Assembly (NCBI GenBank): GCA_048938445.1
Contig: JBHLME010000027.1
Location: 1-40,558 of the forward strand
From: Promethearchaeota archaeon
GTDB lineage: Archaea; Asgardarchaeota; Lokiarchaeia; Sigyniarchaeales; SOKP01
Direction: 5' to 3'
DNA length: 40,558 bases
Position 1 is the first letter of the stretch. Every line of letters starts with the position of its first letter. This document shows, one piece after another, positions 19,249 to 27,653 of this stretch. The notes below the pieces were generated by a model, which saw only the letters and a program-made list of their open reading frames with translations, was not told where the DNA came from and made no database searches. The position numbers and the translations under genes are program-made.

Positions 19249-19725
19249 ATGAGGAAATATCCTAAAAGAATTCGAAAAATGAGAGGCACTCGTGTTTGCG
19301 GGTATGGTCGGGTAGGACAACATCGAAAGACAGGACAGCGAGCAGGAAGAGGAAAGACCACTCAATGGAAATTCAGTAAGAAATCACTTTATTTAAAGCA
19401 AAAAGAACTTGGATTTCCTGATCCAGATTGGATTATGGGAAGTAGAGGATTTAAACGACCTCAAGATATGGTTCGTATTTATAAAATAAATGTCATGAAT
19501 ATTAAAGATTTAGACCTCAAAATTGATGAGTTAGTTCAAGAAAATAAAGCCTCTAAATCTGGAAATACATACTCAATTAATTTAAATGATATTAACATAC
19601 AAAAGGTCTTAGGTCGCGGCGAAATTCAGAAAAAAATCAATATTCAAGTGAATAAAGCCTCAAAACAAGCAATTGAAAAGATAGAGGCCGCTGGTGGAAA
19701 AGTAACACTCTTAGCAAAAACCTAA
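19249..19725 (+). CDS. rpl15p: 50S ribosomal protein uL15
   Basis: KMRGTRVCGYGRVGQHR, KVLGRG, ASKQAIEKIEAAGGKV. ATG 19249 follows a GAGGTG SD-like motif. Confidence 0.97.
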   Translation: MRKYPKRIRKMRGTRVCGYGRVGQHRKTGQRAGRGKTTQWKFSKKSLYLKQKELGFPDPDWIMGSRGFKRPQDMVRIYKINVMNIKDLDLKIDELVQENKASKSGNTYSINLNDINIQKVLGRGEIQKKINIQVNKASKQAIEKIEAAGGKVTLLAKT

Positions 19726-19841
19726 ATCCCTTATTATGTTTTTCTTATTTTTATCATATTATCTCAAATTATTTAATAAAATTTCATTCTTTTCTAAATA
19801 TAAATGTAATGAATTTAAAGATTCTTAATCGTGAATAACTC

Positions 19842-20006
19842 TTGAAAGTATGTGAAGACTGTGGAAATGAAATTGAGGATGATTTAAACTTTTGCCCTAT
19901 TTGTGAGGAAAAAAATAGAAGAAAAAAACAGTTTCTTGCATTTTTCCTAATATTTTTAATATTAGGGATACCATTGATGACTTTTTTAGGGATATTATTC
20001 AGCTAA
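19842..20006 (+). CDS. 54-aa zinc-ribbon protein with C-terminal TM anchor, absent from the ORF track
   Basis: TTG start. Manual translation: MKVCEDCGNEIEDDLNFCPICEEKNRRKKQFLAFFLIFLILGIPLMTFLGILFS*. Confidence 0.7.
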   Translation: MKVCEDCGNEIEDDLNFCPICEEKNRRKKQFLAFFLIFLILGIPLMTFLGILFS

Positions 20007-20106
20007 TAGCTTTAAATTACTCTCTCTATTAAAAGTTTATAAAAATTTTATTTTTGAGTGAAGATTTGATTTAATAAATAGTCTATTATATAAAAAAAGA
20101 ACAAAT

Positions 20107-20541
20107 TCAATATTCTATAGTTGGAATTTTTTTCATGTCCAAGAATTTTGGATTAATTGTTTGTTCTACTATTTGAGAAAATGACCTAAATGTAGAAATT
20201 TCTCCGTTAAAATCTTTTAATTCATTCTTATAAAGATTTAAAAATTTTTTGATAAGGATATCTGCTAGATTTTTAAATAGTTTTTCTTTATAGGGTTTGA
20301 TTTTACAAATGAAAACCACGTGATATCCAGATTTATGTGAATAAAAAATTATTTTACGGTCTTTTAATGTAAATGATTTCAAACTCACGTTCAAGTTTCC
20401 ACGCGTGAAACGACAAATGAGATCTATAAAACTAGCAACAATCTGAATATCAAGAATTTTTCGATCAGTAAAGCTATGATAAAATAATGCAATACCTGCC
20501 TTATTTAATATCAGTATTTCTTGAATCATTTCAAATCTCAT
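20107..20541 (-). CDS. Longin-like domain protein
   Basis: ILILNKAGIALFYHSF...FIDLICRF...KFLNLYKNELKDFNGEISTFRSF matches the Asgard longin/sigma-adaptin-like pattern. Confidence 0.65.
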   Translation of the reverse strand: MRFEMIQEILILNKAGIALFYHSFTDRKILDIQIVASFIDLICRFTRGNLNVSLKSFTLKDRKIIFYSHKSGYHVVFICKIKPYKEKLFKNLADILIKKFLNLYKNELKDFNGEISTFRSFSQIVEQTINPKFLDMKKIPTIEY

Positions 20542-20833
20542 TTGTACACTTACTTGAATTTTGATAATTAAAAAACCTTGGAAACCCTAACCTATCTTGT
20601 TAAAAAACTATTTTTTTTGCTATAAAAATAATCGTTCATCTTGTACTTAAATTTTTTGTATATAATTTATTAAGATGCTATTATAACCTAACTTTTTTTT
20701 GCTTAAAATCTATATTTTAACTTAAAATATTAATCAAATCTATTAAAAAAAATATGGTTATCAAATGAATGTATTGAAAATGAAGAGGATTTGAAAGAAA
20801 AATTCTAAAACATAATTTTCATTTTTAATAATT

Positions 20834-21622
20834 ATGAGTATCTTGGATGTTACGAGAGTTTTTCAGTATGATTATATAATTGTTGATGCACTCCTCTTAG
20901 TAATATGGTTAATTTTTGTTATTAATTTTAAAAAATGGAAAGCATTGAAAGTGAGTGTTTTTTTTAGCCTCTGCGTTTATTTTATAGATGCTATTTGGTG
21001 GTGGAACACTCCTTGGGGCAATGTGTATATCAGGGAATATTGGTTTGGAGTACCTGAAGTTGCCGTTCAGCACCCTTTCGATCCAACTATCCTTCTGAAT
21101 TTATTAAAATTCGGGGCAGATTTCATGATGACTATATCTTATTCTCTCTATGCTTTCACTTGGTTATGGATCATCTTTGAAAATATTGAAAAAAAGGATA
21201 AAAAGGAAGTAATACTCTTTACCTGTTTATTCTTTGGTTTTTGGATGGTACTCCCTTGGATTTCAATTTTAATTCCTCTCAATGACTTGCCCGTTCATAC
21301 TGTACGCCATATGGATACTCAGTTAATAGTTTGGATCGTAAATGTTTTCATTGGATATACTATATTGGTTGTGATCTATGGGACCAATCTCCTTAAAAGT
21401 AAAAACCCGAAAATAATCCTATATATATTTATAATAGGATGTGTGGAATCCTTTTTTATGGAATTTCCTTTATTTATTTCTGGAATTCGTCCAATAAATT
21501 TTGCTTTTTTATTATATGAAATCTTTTTTTTATTTAATCAAGGTGCACCTTATCTCTTTGTTATTTATGATAAAATCTTTCCTTTTTTAATTAATAAGAA
21601 AGAAAAAATTCATAAAGAATAA
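20834..21622 (+). CDS. Multi-pass membrane protein (about 7 TM), unknown function
   Basis: 262 aa with repeated hydrophobic helices. Confidence 0.7.
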   Translation: MSILDVTRVFQYDYIIVDALLLVIWLIFVINFKKWKALKVSVFFSLCVYFIDAIWWWNTPWGNVYIREYWFGVPEVAVQHPFDPTILLNLLKFGADFMMTISYSLYAFTWLWIIFENIEKKDKKEVILFTCLFFGFWMVLPWISILIPLNDLPVHTVRHMDTQLIVWIVNVFIGYTILVVIYGTNLLKSKNPKIILYIFIIGCVESFFMEFPLFISGIRPINFAFLLYEIFFLFNQGAPYLFVIYDKIFPFLINKKEKIHKE

Positions 21623-21623
21623 G

Positions 21624-22307
21624 TTAAAATTTAAAGATATTATAAAGATTACTGGTTATAAAATCGGGTTTATATTCCCAATCCTCAAATCTATCTTTAT
21701 TTTTATTTAAATTCCTTTTTATTAAGCAAGCATATATGTTTGCTTTCTTTGCTGCAATAATATCTATAATGGAATCTCCAATCATTATAGCCTTTGATTT
21801 TGAACTATTGTAGTTAAGCTTTTTTAAAACAGAAATGATTCCTAATGGTGATGGTTTAGCTTTATGACTTTCGTATTCATAATCGATACCCAATATTTCA
21901 TCAAAGAAAGGAGCAATTTCGAATCTATTAACAAAGTCATCAACAATATATCTTGGAGAATTTGATATTATAGCAGATTTTCTTTTAGCTTTTTTAATTA
22001 AAGTCAATACATCGATAACATCCTTGTAAAGATATATTTCACCCTTATTTATTAATTCTTTTCTTCCTTTAAAATCATTTTCATTAAATTTTTCCCAAAA
22101 TTCAATAAAGTTAGAAATTCCCCATTTTTTTAATAATCTATTATACGCAATTCCAGTATTCCAAATTTTATTTCTTTCTTGTTTATCAGGTAAACCTATA
22201 ACATAAGATTCAAGGGTATTAACTAATACTGTATCAAAAAATTCCATGAAATCAGGATAATGTATTAGACAGTTATCCATATCAAACAAATAATAATCAT
22301 AAATCAT
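21624..22307 (-). CDS. HAD-superfamily phosphatase (Gph-like); candidate alpha-ribazole-5'-phosphate phosphatase
   Basis: LFDMDNCL (motif I), ISNS (II), KPSP (III), IGDSIIDI (IV). Start overlaps the cobT stop. Confidence 0.85.
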   Translation of the reverse strand: MIYDYYLFDMDNCLIHYPDFMEFFDTVLVNTLESYVIGLPDKQERNKIWNTGIAYNRLLKKWGISNFIEFWEKFNENDFKGRKELINKGEIYLYKDVIDVLTLIKKAKRKSAIISNSPRYIVDDFVNRFEIAPFFDEILGIDYEYESHKAKPSPLGIISVLKKLNYNSSKSKAIMIGDSIIDIIAAKKANIYACLIKRNLNKNKDRFEDWEYKPDFITSNLYNIFKF

Positions 22308-23388
22308 TTATGGTTTCATAATCCTTTTCTATTTTTTGTTGAATTTGTTCAATGGTTATGTTACCATTCGAACTTAACATACTCGCAATTACGCTCCCTC
22401 CAGCACCAACTCCTTCTTTTACAACCCCTTTCTCATAACTTTGCAATCCTTTATGCTTCATTTTACCAAAACTCAAATTAGCTGCTAGTATTGGAATATC
22501 TGGATTTATTTGGTCAATGATACCTTTAAGATCTGTTTTTTCATCATTTATTATCCACCTTGTCGTTCCAATAGATACATTTCCTAATACTTCTGGATTC
22601 AAAGCATTGATTATTGCTAAAATCGCCGACATTTGAGTGCCTCCTGCCAAAATTATAGGAATGCTTGCTGCAGCTCCAACAACTATTCCTGCGTGAGCGG
22701 GTTGCATTGGATCCCCAAGAAATTCGATTGCTTTAAATGGCTCATATTTAAGGTCACCTGCATTTATTTTGATTTTTTTCATTCCCGAATTTATTGCCTT
22801 CATTTTTTGCTCAATAGGATTTACAGGTAAGCTACTACTAATTTTATCATTCGCATCATAACCCATTGCTGTTAAAACACCTAAAGCTGTTGTAGTTCCT
22901 CCTGCTATGCTTTCACCTACTACTAGATAATCTACCATTTTTGAAATTAATTTTCCAAAAATCTTAGCATTTTCAAAGACTATTTGAGGATTTTTTACTG
23001 CTTGTCCATTTGAAATATCTCCTCCTGGAGACCCTCCAAAATCAATAATAGGGGCTTGAGGAATAATACATACACCTCCTACGCCAACCATAATTGGAAT
23101 ATTAGCTAAATCTAAAGAAGCCTTAGTTATCAATCCTGGTGTCGGAATTCCATCAGGTGTTATAGGAACTCCATCAATACACTTGCATTTTCCATAATAT
23201 AAATATTCTACATCTGCAGCGGGAGTAAAGTCTGTTATCTCTGGATTAGCTCCAGCAGCGGAAATACCTGGAATCTTGGCGGTTTCCGTATTTCCTATGA
23301 TACATAAGAATAATGGTTTTTTCCCTCTGATTTTTGATAAAAAGTCATTTACAACATCTTGATTTCCTATTTTTATGATTTCTTCCAT
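22297..23388 (-). CDS. cobT: Nicotinate mononucleotide:DMB phosphoribosyltransferase, archaeal CobT type
   Basis: IPGISAAGA, TPAADVE, PTPGLIT, GESIAGGTTTA, LAGGTQM, YEKGVVKEGVGAGG. Confidence 0.92.
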   Translation of the reverse strand: MEEIIKIGNQDVVNDFLSKIRGKKPLFLCIIGNTETAKIPGISAAGANPEITDFTPAADVEYLYYGKCKCIDGVPITPDGIPTPGLITKASLDLANIPIMVGVGGVCIIPQAPIIDFGGSPGGDISNGQAVKNPQIVFENAKIFGKLISKMVDYLVVGESIAGGTTTALGVLTAMGYDANDKISSSLPVNPIEQKMKAINSGMKKIKINAGDLKYEPFKAIEFLGDPMQPAHAGIVVGAAASIPIILAGGTQMSAILAIINALNPEVLGNVSIGTTRWIINDEKTDLKGIIDQINPDIPILAANLSFGKMKHKGLQSYEKGVVKEGVGAGGSVIASMLSSNGNITIEQIQQKIEKDYETINDL

Positions 23389-23524
23389 AATTTTTAACTC
23401 TAGTTATTGTTTGAGATAATATTTTTTTCAGTTTTTAGTATTAAACTCTTAAAGTCAACTTAAAAATACTAAAATAGAGAATTATTTTTATTATAAGTAA
23501 AAAAGAATAAACCTTTAAAAAATT

Positions 23525-23598
23525 ATAGGAAACTTAACCTATGCCACATATCAATAAATCATATTTTGATATGATCTCCAATAGGATAAGTTACCCAA
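23525..23598. promoter_or_regulatory. Putative operator array in the divergent cobT/btuF intergenic region
   Basis: Box ATAGGAAACTTAACCTAT (23525-23542), central inverted repeat CATATCAA-11nt-TTGATATG (23547-23573), related box ATAGGATAAGTTACCCAA (23581-23598). Confidence 0.4.
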
Positions 23599-23690
23599 AC
23601 TTAATAAATATTCTAATCTTTTAAATTAATAATTTTCAATTATAAGAAAAAATAATTCAATAGATTTTCAAAAAAAAGATGTGAAATAAG

Positions 23691-25223
23691 TTGAAAAAAA
23701 GTCCTAAAAATCCTCAAAGATTAAAAGGTCTTAGAAGGAATAAAATAATACCTATTATCGTTGCTTGTGGATTAGTTGTTAGTGCTATCCCTATAGGAAT
23801 ATTTATGCTAACAACTCAAAAAAGTACAATACCAGATGGATATATTTTCAAAGATTCACTTGATCGTGAAGTTATGGTTCCCTATAATCCTAAAAGGATA
23901 ATATCATTATCTCCTTCAGTCACAGAGCTTTTATACGAATTAGAAGTTGATGATAGATTGGTAGGAGTTACTAGCTACTGTAATTATCCAAATGAGGCTC
24001 TTGATAAAACAGATGTAGGTGGATTTACAACACCTAATATGGAAGTAATTTTAGAGCTAAATCCTGATTTAATCATATCAAGTTATTCGGCATGGTCGGA
24101 GGAGGAGATATCGGCATTTGAAGACTTATCTCTCACTTTAGTAATTATTTTTGCTAGTACTCTTGATGAAATTATAGAACAAATTAGCATTATTGGAGAT
24201 TTAACAAAAGCAGGAAGTAAGAGTATAGAACTAAAGAATAAACTCTTACAAGATATGAAATATATTACAGATAAAACTAGTAAAATTGACCAATCAGATA
24301 AACTTGATTGCTATTTTGAAGTATGGGAAAGTCCAATGGTGGCTGGTAGTAAATCGTACATTGATGACATGATTCAAAAAGCAGGAGCAATTAATATCTT
24401 TCATTCTATTGAGTATGAATACCACACGGTTTCTCATGAATCTGTAATATTAAGCGATCCTGATGTTATTTTTATCACGGAACATAGTGCTCCTTGGTAT
24501 TCTCAAGAAGTCTCTGATAGACCCGGTTATAATGTAATAAGTGCTTGTGTGAATAATCGAATATATCGGTGTTTTGATGATATTTATTTACGTACGGGAC
24601 CAAGAATAATGATAGCTTTAGAAAACATGACCCGTTATCTTTATCCCTCATTGTTCATTGAAGATGGACAACCTTTAGCAGAATTTACTGTAAACCAAAC
24701 AACAATATTAGAAGGAGAAAGTATAGAATTTTTATTTACCGGTACGGAAGGAGATGCCCCAGCAACATTCTATTGGGATTTTGGAGATGGTCAAAACTCA
24801 ACAGAACAAGATCCCATACATGCATATGCAATTATTGGAACTTATGAAGTTACTCTTACTATTGAGGATTCTAATGGTGATTCTGATGAAAAATCTATTA
24901 TTATTAAGGTAGAGAAAAATTTACTCCCAACTGCACAATTCATTGTCGATGATAGAATTATTATTGAAGGAGAAATCATAGAATTTTTATTTACAGGTTT
25001 AGAGGGAAATGGTCCAGCAACATTCTATTGGGATTTTGGAGACGGTCAACACTCAACAGAACAAAACCCTACACATCTATATGAAAATGTTGGAATATAT
25101 GATGTTTCCCTTACTGTTGAGGATTCTAATGGTGATTCTGATATAAGTAGCGCTTTTTATGTCTTAGTGCTTTGGAATTGCTCTTTCTGGGATTATATTA
25201 TTTCATGGATAAACCAACTCTAA
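23691..25223 (+). CDS. btuF: Cobalamin/corrinoid ABC transporter substrate-binding protein (BtuF-like) with N-terminal TM anchor and two C-terminal PKD domains
   Basis: PKRIISLSPSVTELLY, VGVTSYCNYP, LNPDLII, RTGPR, two WDFGDG PKD repeats; adjacent to cob genes. Confidence 0.85.
   Translation: MKKSPKNPQRLKGLRRNKIIPIIVACGLVVSAIPIGIFMLTTQKSTIPDGYIFKDSLDREVMVPYNPKRIISLSPSVTELLYELEVDDRLVGVTSYCNYPNEALDKTDVGGFTTPNMEVILELNPDLIISSYSAWSEEEISAFEDLSLTLVIIFASTLDEIIEQISIIGDLTKAGSKSIELKNKLLQDMKYITDKTSKIDQSDKLDCYFEVWESPMVAGSKSYIDDMIQKAGAINIFHSIEYEYHTVSHESVILSDPDVIFITEHSAPWYSQEVSDRPGYNVISACVNNRIYRCFDDIYLRTGPRIMIALENMTRYLYPSLFIEDGQPLAEFTVNQTTILEGESIEFLFTGTEGDAPATFYWDFGDGQNSTEQDPIHAYAIIGTYEVTLTIEDSNGDSDEKSIIIKVEKNLLPTAQFIVDDRIIIEGEIIEFLFTGLEGNGPATFYWDFGDGQHSTEQNPTHLYENVGIYDVSLTVEDSNGDSDISSAFYVLVLWNCSFWDYIISWINQL
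24670..25170 (+). repeat. Intragenic tandem duplication (255-nt period) encoding two PKD domains
   Basis: CCAGCAACATTCTATTGGGATTTTGGAGA occurs at 24759 and 25014; GAGGATTCTAATGGTGATTCTGAT is also duplicated. Boundaries approximate. Confidence 0.85.
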
Positions 25224-25233
25224 ATTTAATCTC

Positions 25234-25242
25234 TTTTTTTTT
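25234..25242 (+). terminator. Possible oligo-T terminator between btuF and btuC
   Basis: T9 run about 10 nt after the btuF stop. Weak evidence in AT-rich DNA. Confidence 0.3.
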
Positions 25243-25333
25243 GATTATGTATTGTATAAAAACAAAAATAAGATGATATTAATAGAATATACTAATAATC
25301 TTAACGTCTTGTTAAAATATATGGTGATAGAAA

Positions 25334-26389
25334 ATTCGTAATAGGAAAGAACTATTAAAAATTGGTGGACCTATATTTCTTCTCTTGTTTTTGTTGCTAA
25401 GCATATTTTTTGCTATTTCATTTGGTAAAGGAGATATTTATCAATCAAACTATGATTTTCCTACTATTTTTTCTATGATATTATATAAATTGGGTTTTCC
25501 TGTTAATGTAACTTGGAGTGTCGCTGATGAGACGATTATAATGGTTTTAAGAATGCCCAGAGTATTAATGGCCGTTGTTATTGGTGCTATGCTGGGAATT
25601 GCTGGAGTTGCAGCTCAAGGTTTATTCAGAAATCCGATTGCTGATCCCTACATAATTGGAATATCTGCTGCTGCTGGATGTGGCACGGCATTGAGTGTAT
25701 TAATAGGACTAAATGCTATTTTTCTATTATTTACGAGGCCTTTGATATCTTTTATATTTTCGATATTAGCAGTTATTATAGTTTACAAACTATCAAAAAC
25801 AAGGTATCAAATGTCTGTAATTGTTTTATTATTAGCAGGTATAGCAATTTCATTTATTTTCTCTTCAATTACGAGTTTATTATTATATTTTTCCGAGGAT
25901 AAAGTTCATTATATCCTATATTTCTTGATGGGGCGTCTTTGGGCTAGTACATGGGATGAAATTTTTATTGTATATCTTGTATTGGTTCCATGTATTATTA
26001 TAATGTTTTTTTATGGACGAGATCTAAATGTTATGGTATTTGGAGATGAAGTTGCCCAATCCATGGGTGTAAATATAGAAAAATCAAAAAAAGTGATTTT
26101 AATATTAATGACCCTTTTAACCTCAACAGCAGTAGCATTTTGTGGTAGTATTGGTTTCGTAGGTTTAATCATTCCACATATAATGAGAATTTTAGTAGGA
26201 AACGATAATCGTAAATTAATCCCTTTATCAGCATTAAGTGGAGGTTTACTCTTAATATGGGCGGATTTATTATCTAGGAGTCTAGTTCCTCCTTTAGAAA
26301 TACCTGTTGGAATTTTTACTTCATTAATGGGTGCACCATTTTTTATCTATTTAATCGTTCAAAAAAAGAAATCAGGTGAAATATTTTGA
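25334..26389 (+). CDS. btuC: Cobalamin/iron-chelate ABC permease (BtuC/FecCD family)
   Basis: RMPRV, QGLFRNPIADPYIIGIS, AQSMGV, GSIGFVGLIIPH, IPVGIFTSLMGAPFF. Start proposed at ATT 25334 after GGTGA; ORF track uses TTG 25385. Confidence 0.88.
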   Translation: MRNRKELLKIGGPIFLLLFLLLSIFFAISFGKGDIYQSNYDFPTIFSMILYKLGFPVNVTWSVADETIIMVLRMPRVLMAVVIGAMLGIAGVAAQGLFRNPIADPYIIGISAAAGCGTALSVLIGLNAIFLLFTRPLISFIFSILAVIIVYKLSKTRYQMSVIVLLLAGIAISFIFSSITSLLLYFSEDKVHYILYFLMGRLWASTWDEIFIVYLVLVPCIIIMFFYGRDLNVMVFGDEVAQSMGVNIEKSKKVILILMTLLTSTAVAFCGSIGFVGLIIPHIMRILVGNDNRKLIPLSALSGGLLLIWADLLSRSLVPPLEIPVGIFTSLMGAPFFIYLIVQKKKSGEIF

Positions 26390-27630
26390 CGATAAATAGT
26401 GAAAATGTTAGTTTTAAATATGGTGCGAATTTAGTCCTTAATGATATTTCGCTTAATTTTAAAAAAGGTTCCTTATATGGGATTCTTGGTCCAAATGGAA
26501 GTGGAAAGACAACTTTTTTAAAAATTTTAAATGGAATTTTAAAAGTAAAATATGGTATTGTTAGTATTGATCACAAAAATATTAAAAATTTAAGTTCTCG
26601 TGAAATTGCGAGAAAAATTGCTTTTGTTCATCAATCTTCTCCATTAAATTTTAGTTACTCAGTTAGAGAGATCATCAAAATGGGAAGATATTCTCATATT
26701 GGACGATATTCTATAGAATCTCATGAAGATAGAGAGATCGTTGATGAAATCATTAAAAAATTTAATTTGAGTGAGTTTGCTAATCGAAACTTTAATGAAT
26801 TAAGCGGAGGAGAGCAGCAGAAAGTAATTATTGCCAGGTCTATTGCCCAACAAAGTAAAATCCTCTTATTGGATGAACCAACTAATCATCTTGATATTAA
26901 TTATCAAATTGAATTTATGGAGATGCTTCGACAATATATTAAAGAGGGAAAGATTGTTATTATTGTTCTTCATGATATTAACTTAGCAACACAATTTTGT
27001 GATAAAATTGTGCTTTTAAGTGAAGGACAGATGAAAGGTTTTGGAAATATTGAAGATATAATCACTAGGGATAATATAAAAGAAGTCTACAATATTGATG
27101 TAGCAGTTAGACGAAATAAGGTCTCCAATTCAGTATTTATTACTCCTCTTAGAACTGAAATCTTAAATTCGCCTCCCAGTGGTAAAAATATTAAATTAAA
27201 AAGAGTTCATGTTGTTGGAGGTGGTGGATCAGCAACAAACATATTACCATTATTGAAAAAATTTAATGTTTCAGTTGGAATTGTAAATGTATTAGACGAT
27301 GATTATATTTTAGCTAATGAATTGGATTATAAAATAATTTCAGAAGCTCCTTTTTCACCAATTTCTGAAAATTCTAGTGATAAACTAAAAACTTTATTGG
27401 AGGAAGTAGATTTTATCATTTTAACTAATGTACCATTTGGTAAAGCTAATGTGAAGAATTTAGAAATCTTAATTGAAAGTAATAAAAGGATTTTTGTCTA
27501 TGAAGAAACTCCAATAGAAGAACGTGATTTTTCGGGAGGTATTGCCCAAAATCATTATAATAAGATTAAAAATTTAGAACAAACTACAACAATAAATAAT
27601 TTATCAGAATTAATTGAAAAACTTGAATAA
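26386..27630 (+). CDS. btuD: Cobalamin ABC transporter ATPase (BtuD-like) with C-terminal extension domain
   Basis: GPNGSGKT, LSGGEQQ, LLLDEPT, HD. Extra about 150-aa domain starting RVHVVGGGGSA. Confidence 0.88.
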   Translation: MTINSENVSFKYGANLVLNDISLNFKKGSLYGILGPNGSGKTTFLKILNGILKVKYGIVSIDHKNIKNLSSREIARKIAFVHQSSPLNFSYSVREIIKMGRYSHIGRYSIESHEDREIVDEIIKKFNLSEFANRNFNELSGGEQQKVIIARSIAQQSKILLLDEPTNHLDINYQIEFMEMLRQYIKEGKIVIIVLHDINLATQFCDKIVLLSEGQMKGFGNIEDIITRDNIKEVYNIDVAVRRNKVSNSVFITPLRTEILNSPPSGKNIKLKRVHVVGGGGSATNILPLLKKFNVSVGIVNVLDDDYILANELDYKIISEAPFSPISENSSDKLKTLLEEVDFIILTNVPFGKANVKNLEILIESNKRIFVYEETPIEERDFSGGIAQNHYNKIKNLEQTTTINNLSELIEKLE

Positions 27631-27653
27631 ATCACTAGAGGTAATTACATTAT

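Noticed and set aside
23389-23690. Cobalamin riboswitch upstream of btuF
   Set aside because: Extremely AT-rich, with no B12-box or GGGAA/GCCACTG-type conserved elements visible.
24670-25170. Direct repeats suggesting CRISPR or a mobile element
   Set aside because: Only two copies, in frame, encoding PKD domains; no cas, transposase or integrase in the window.
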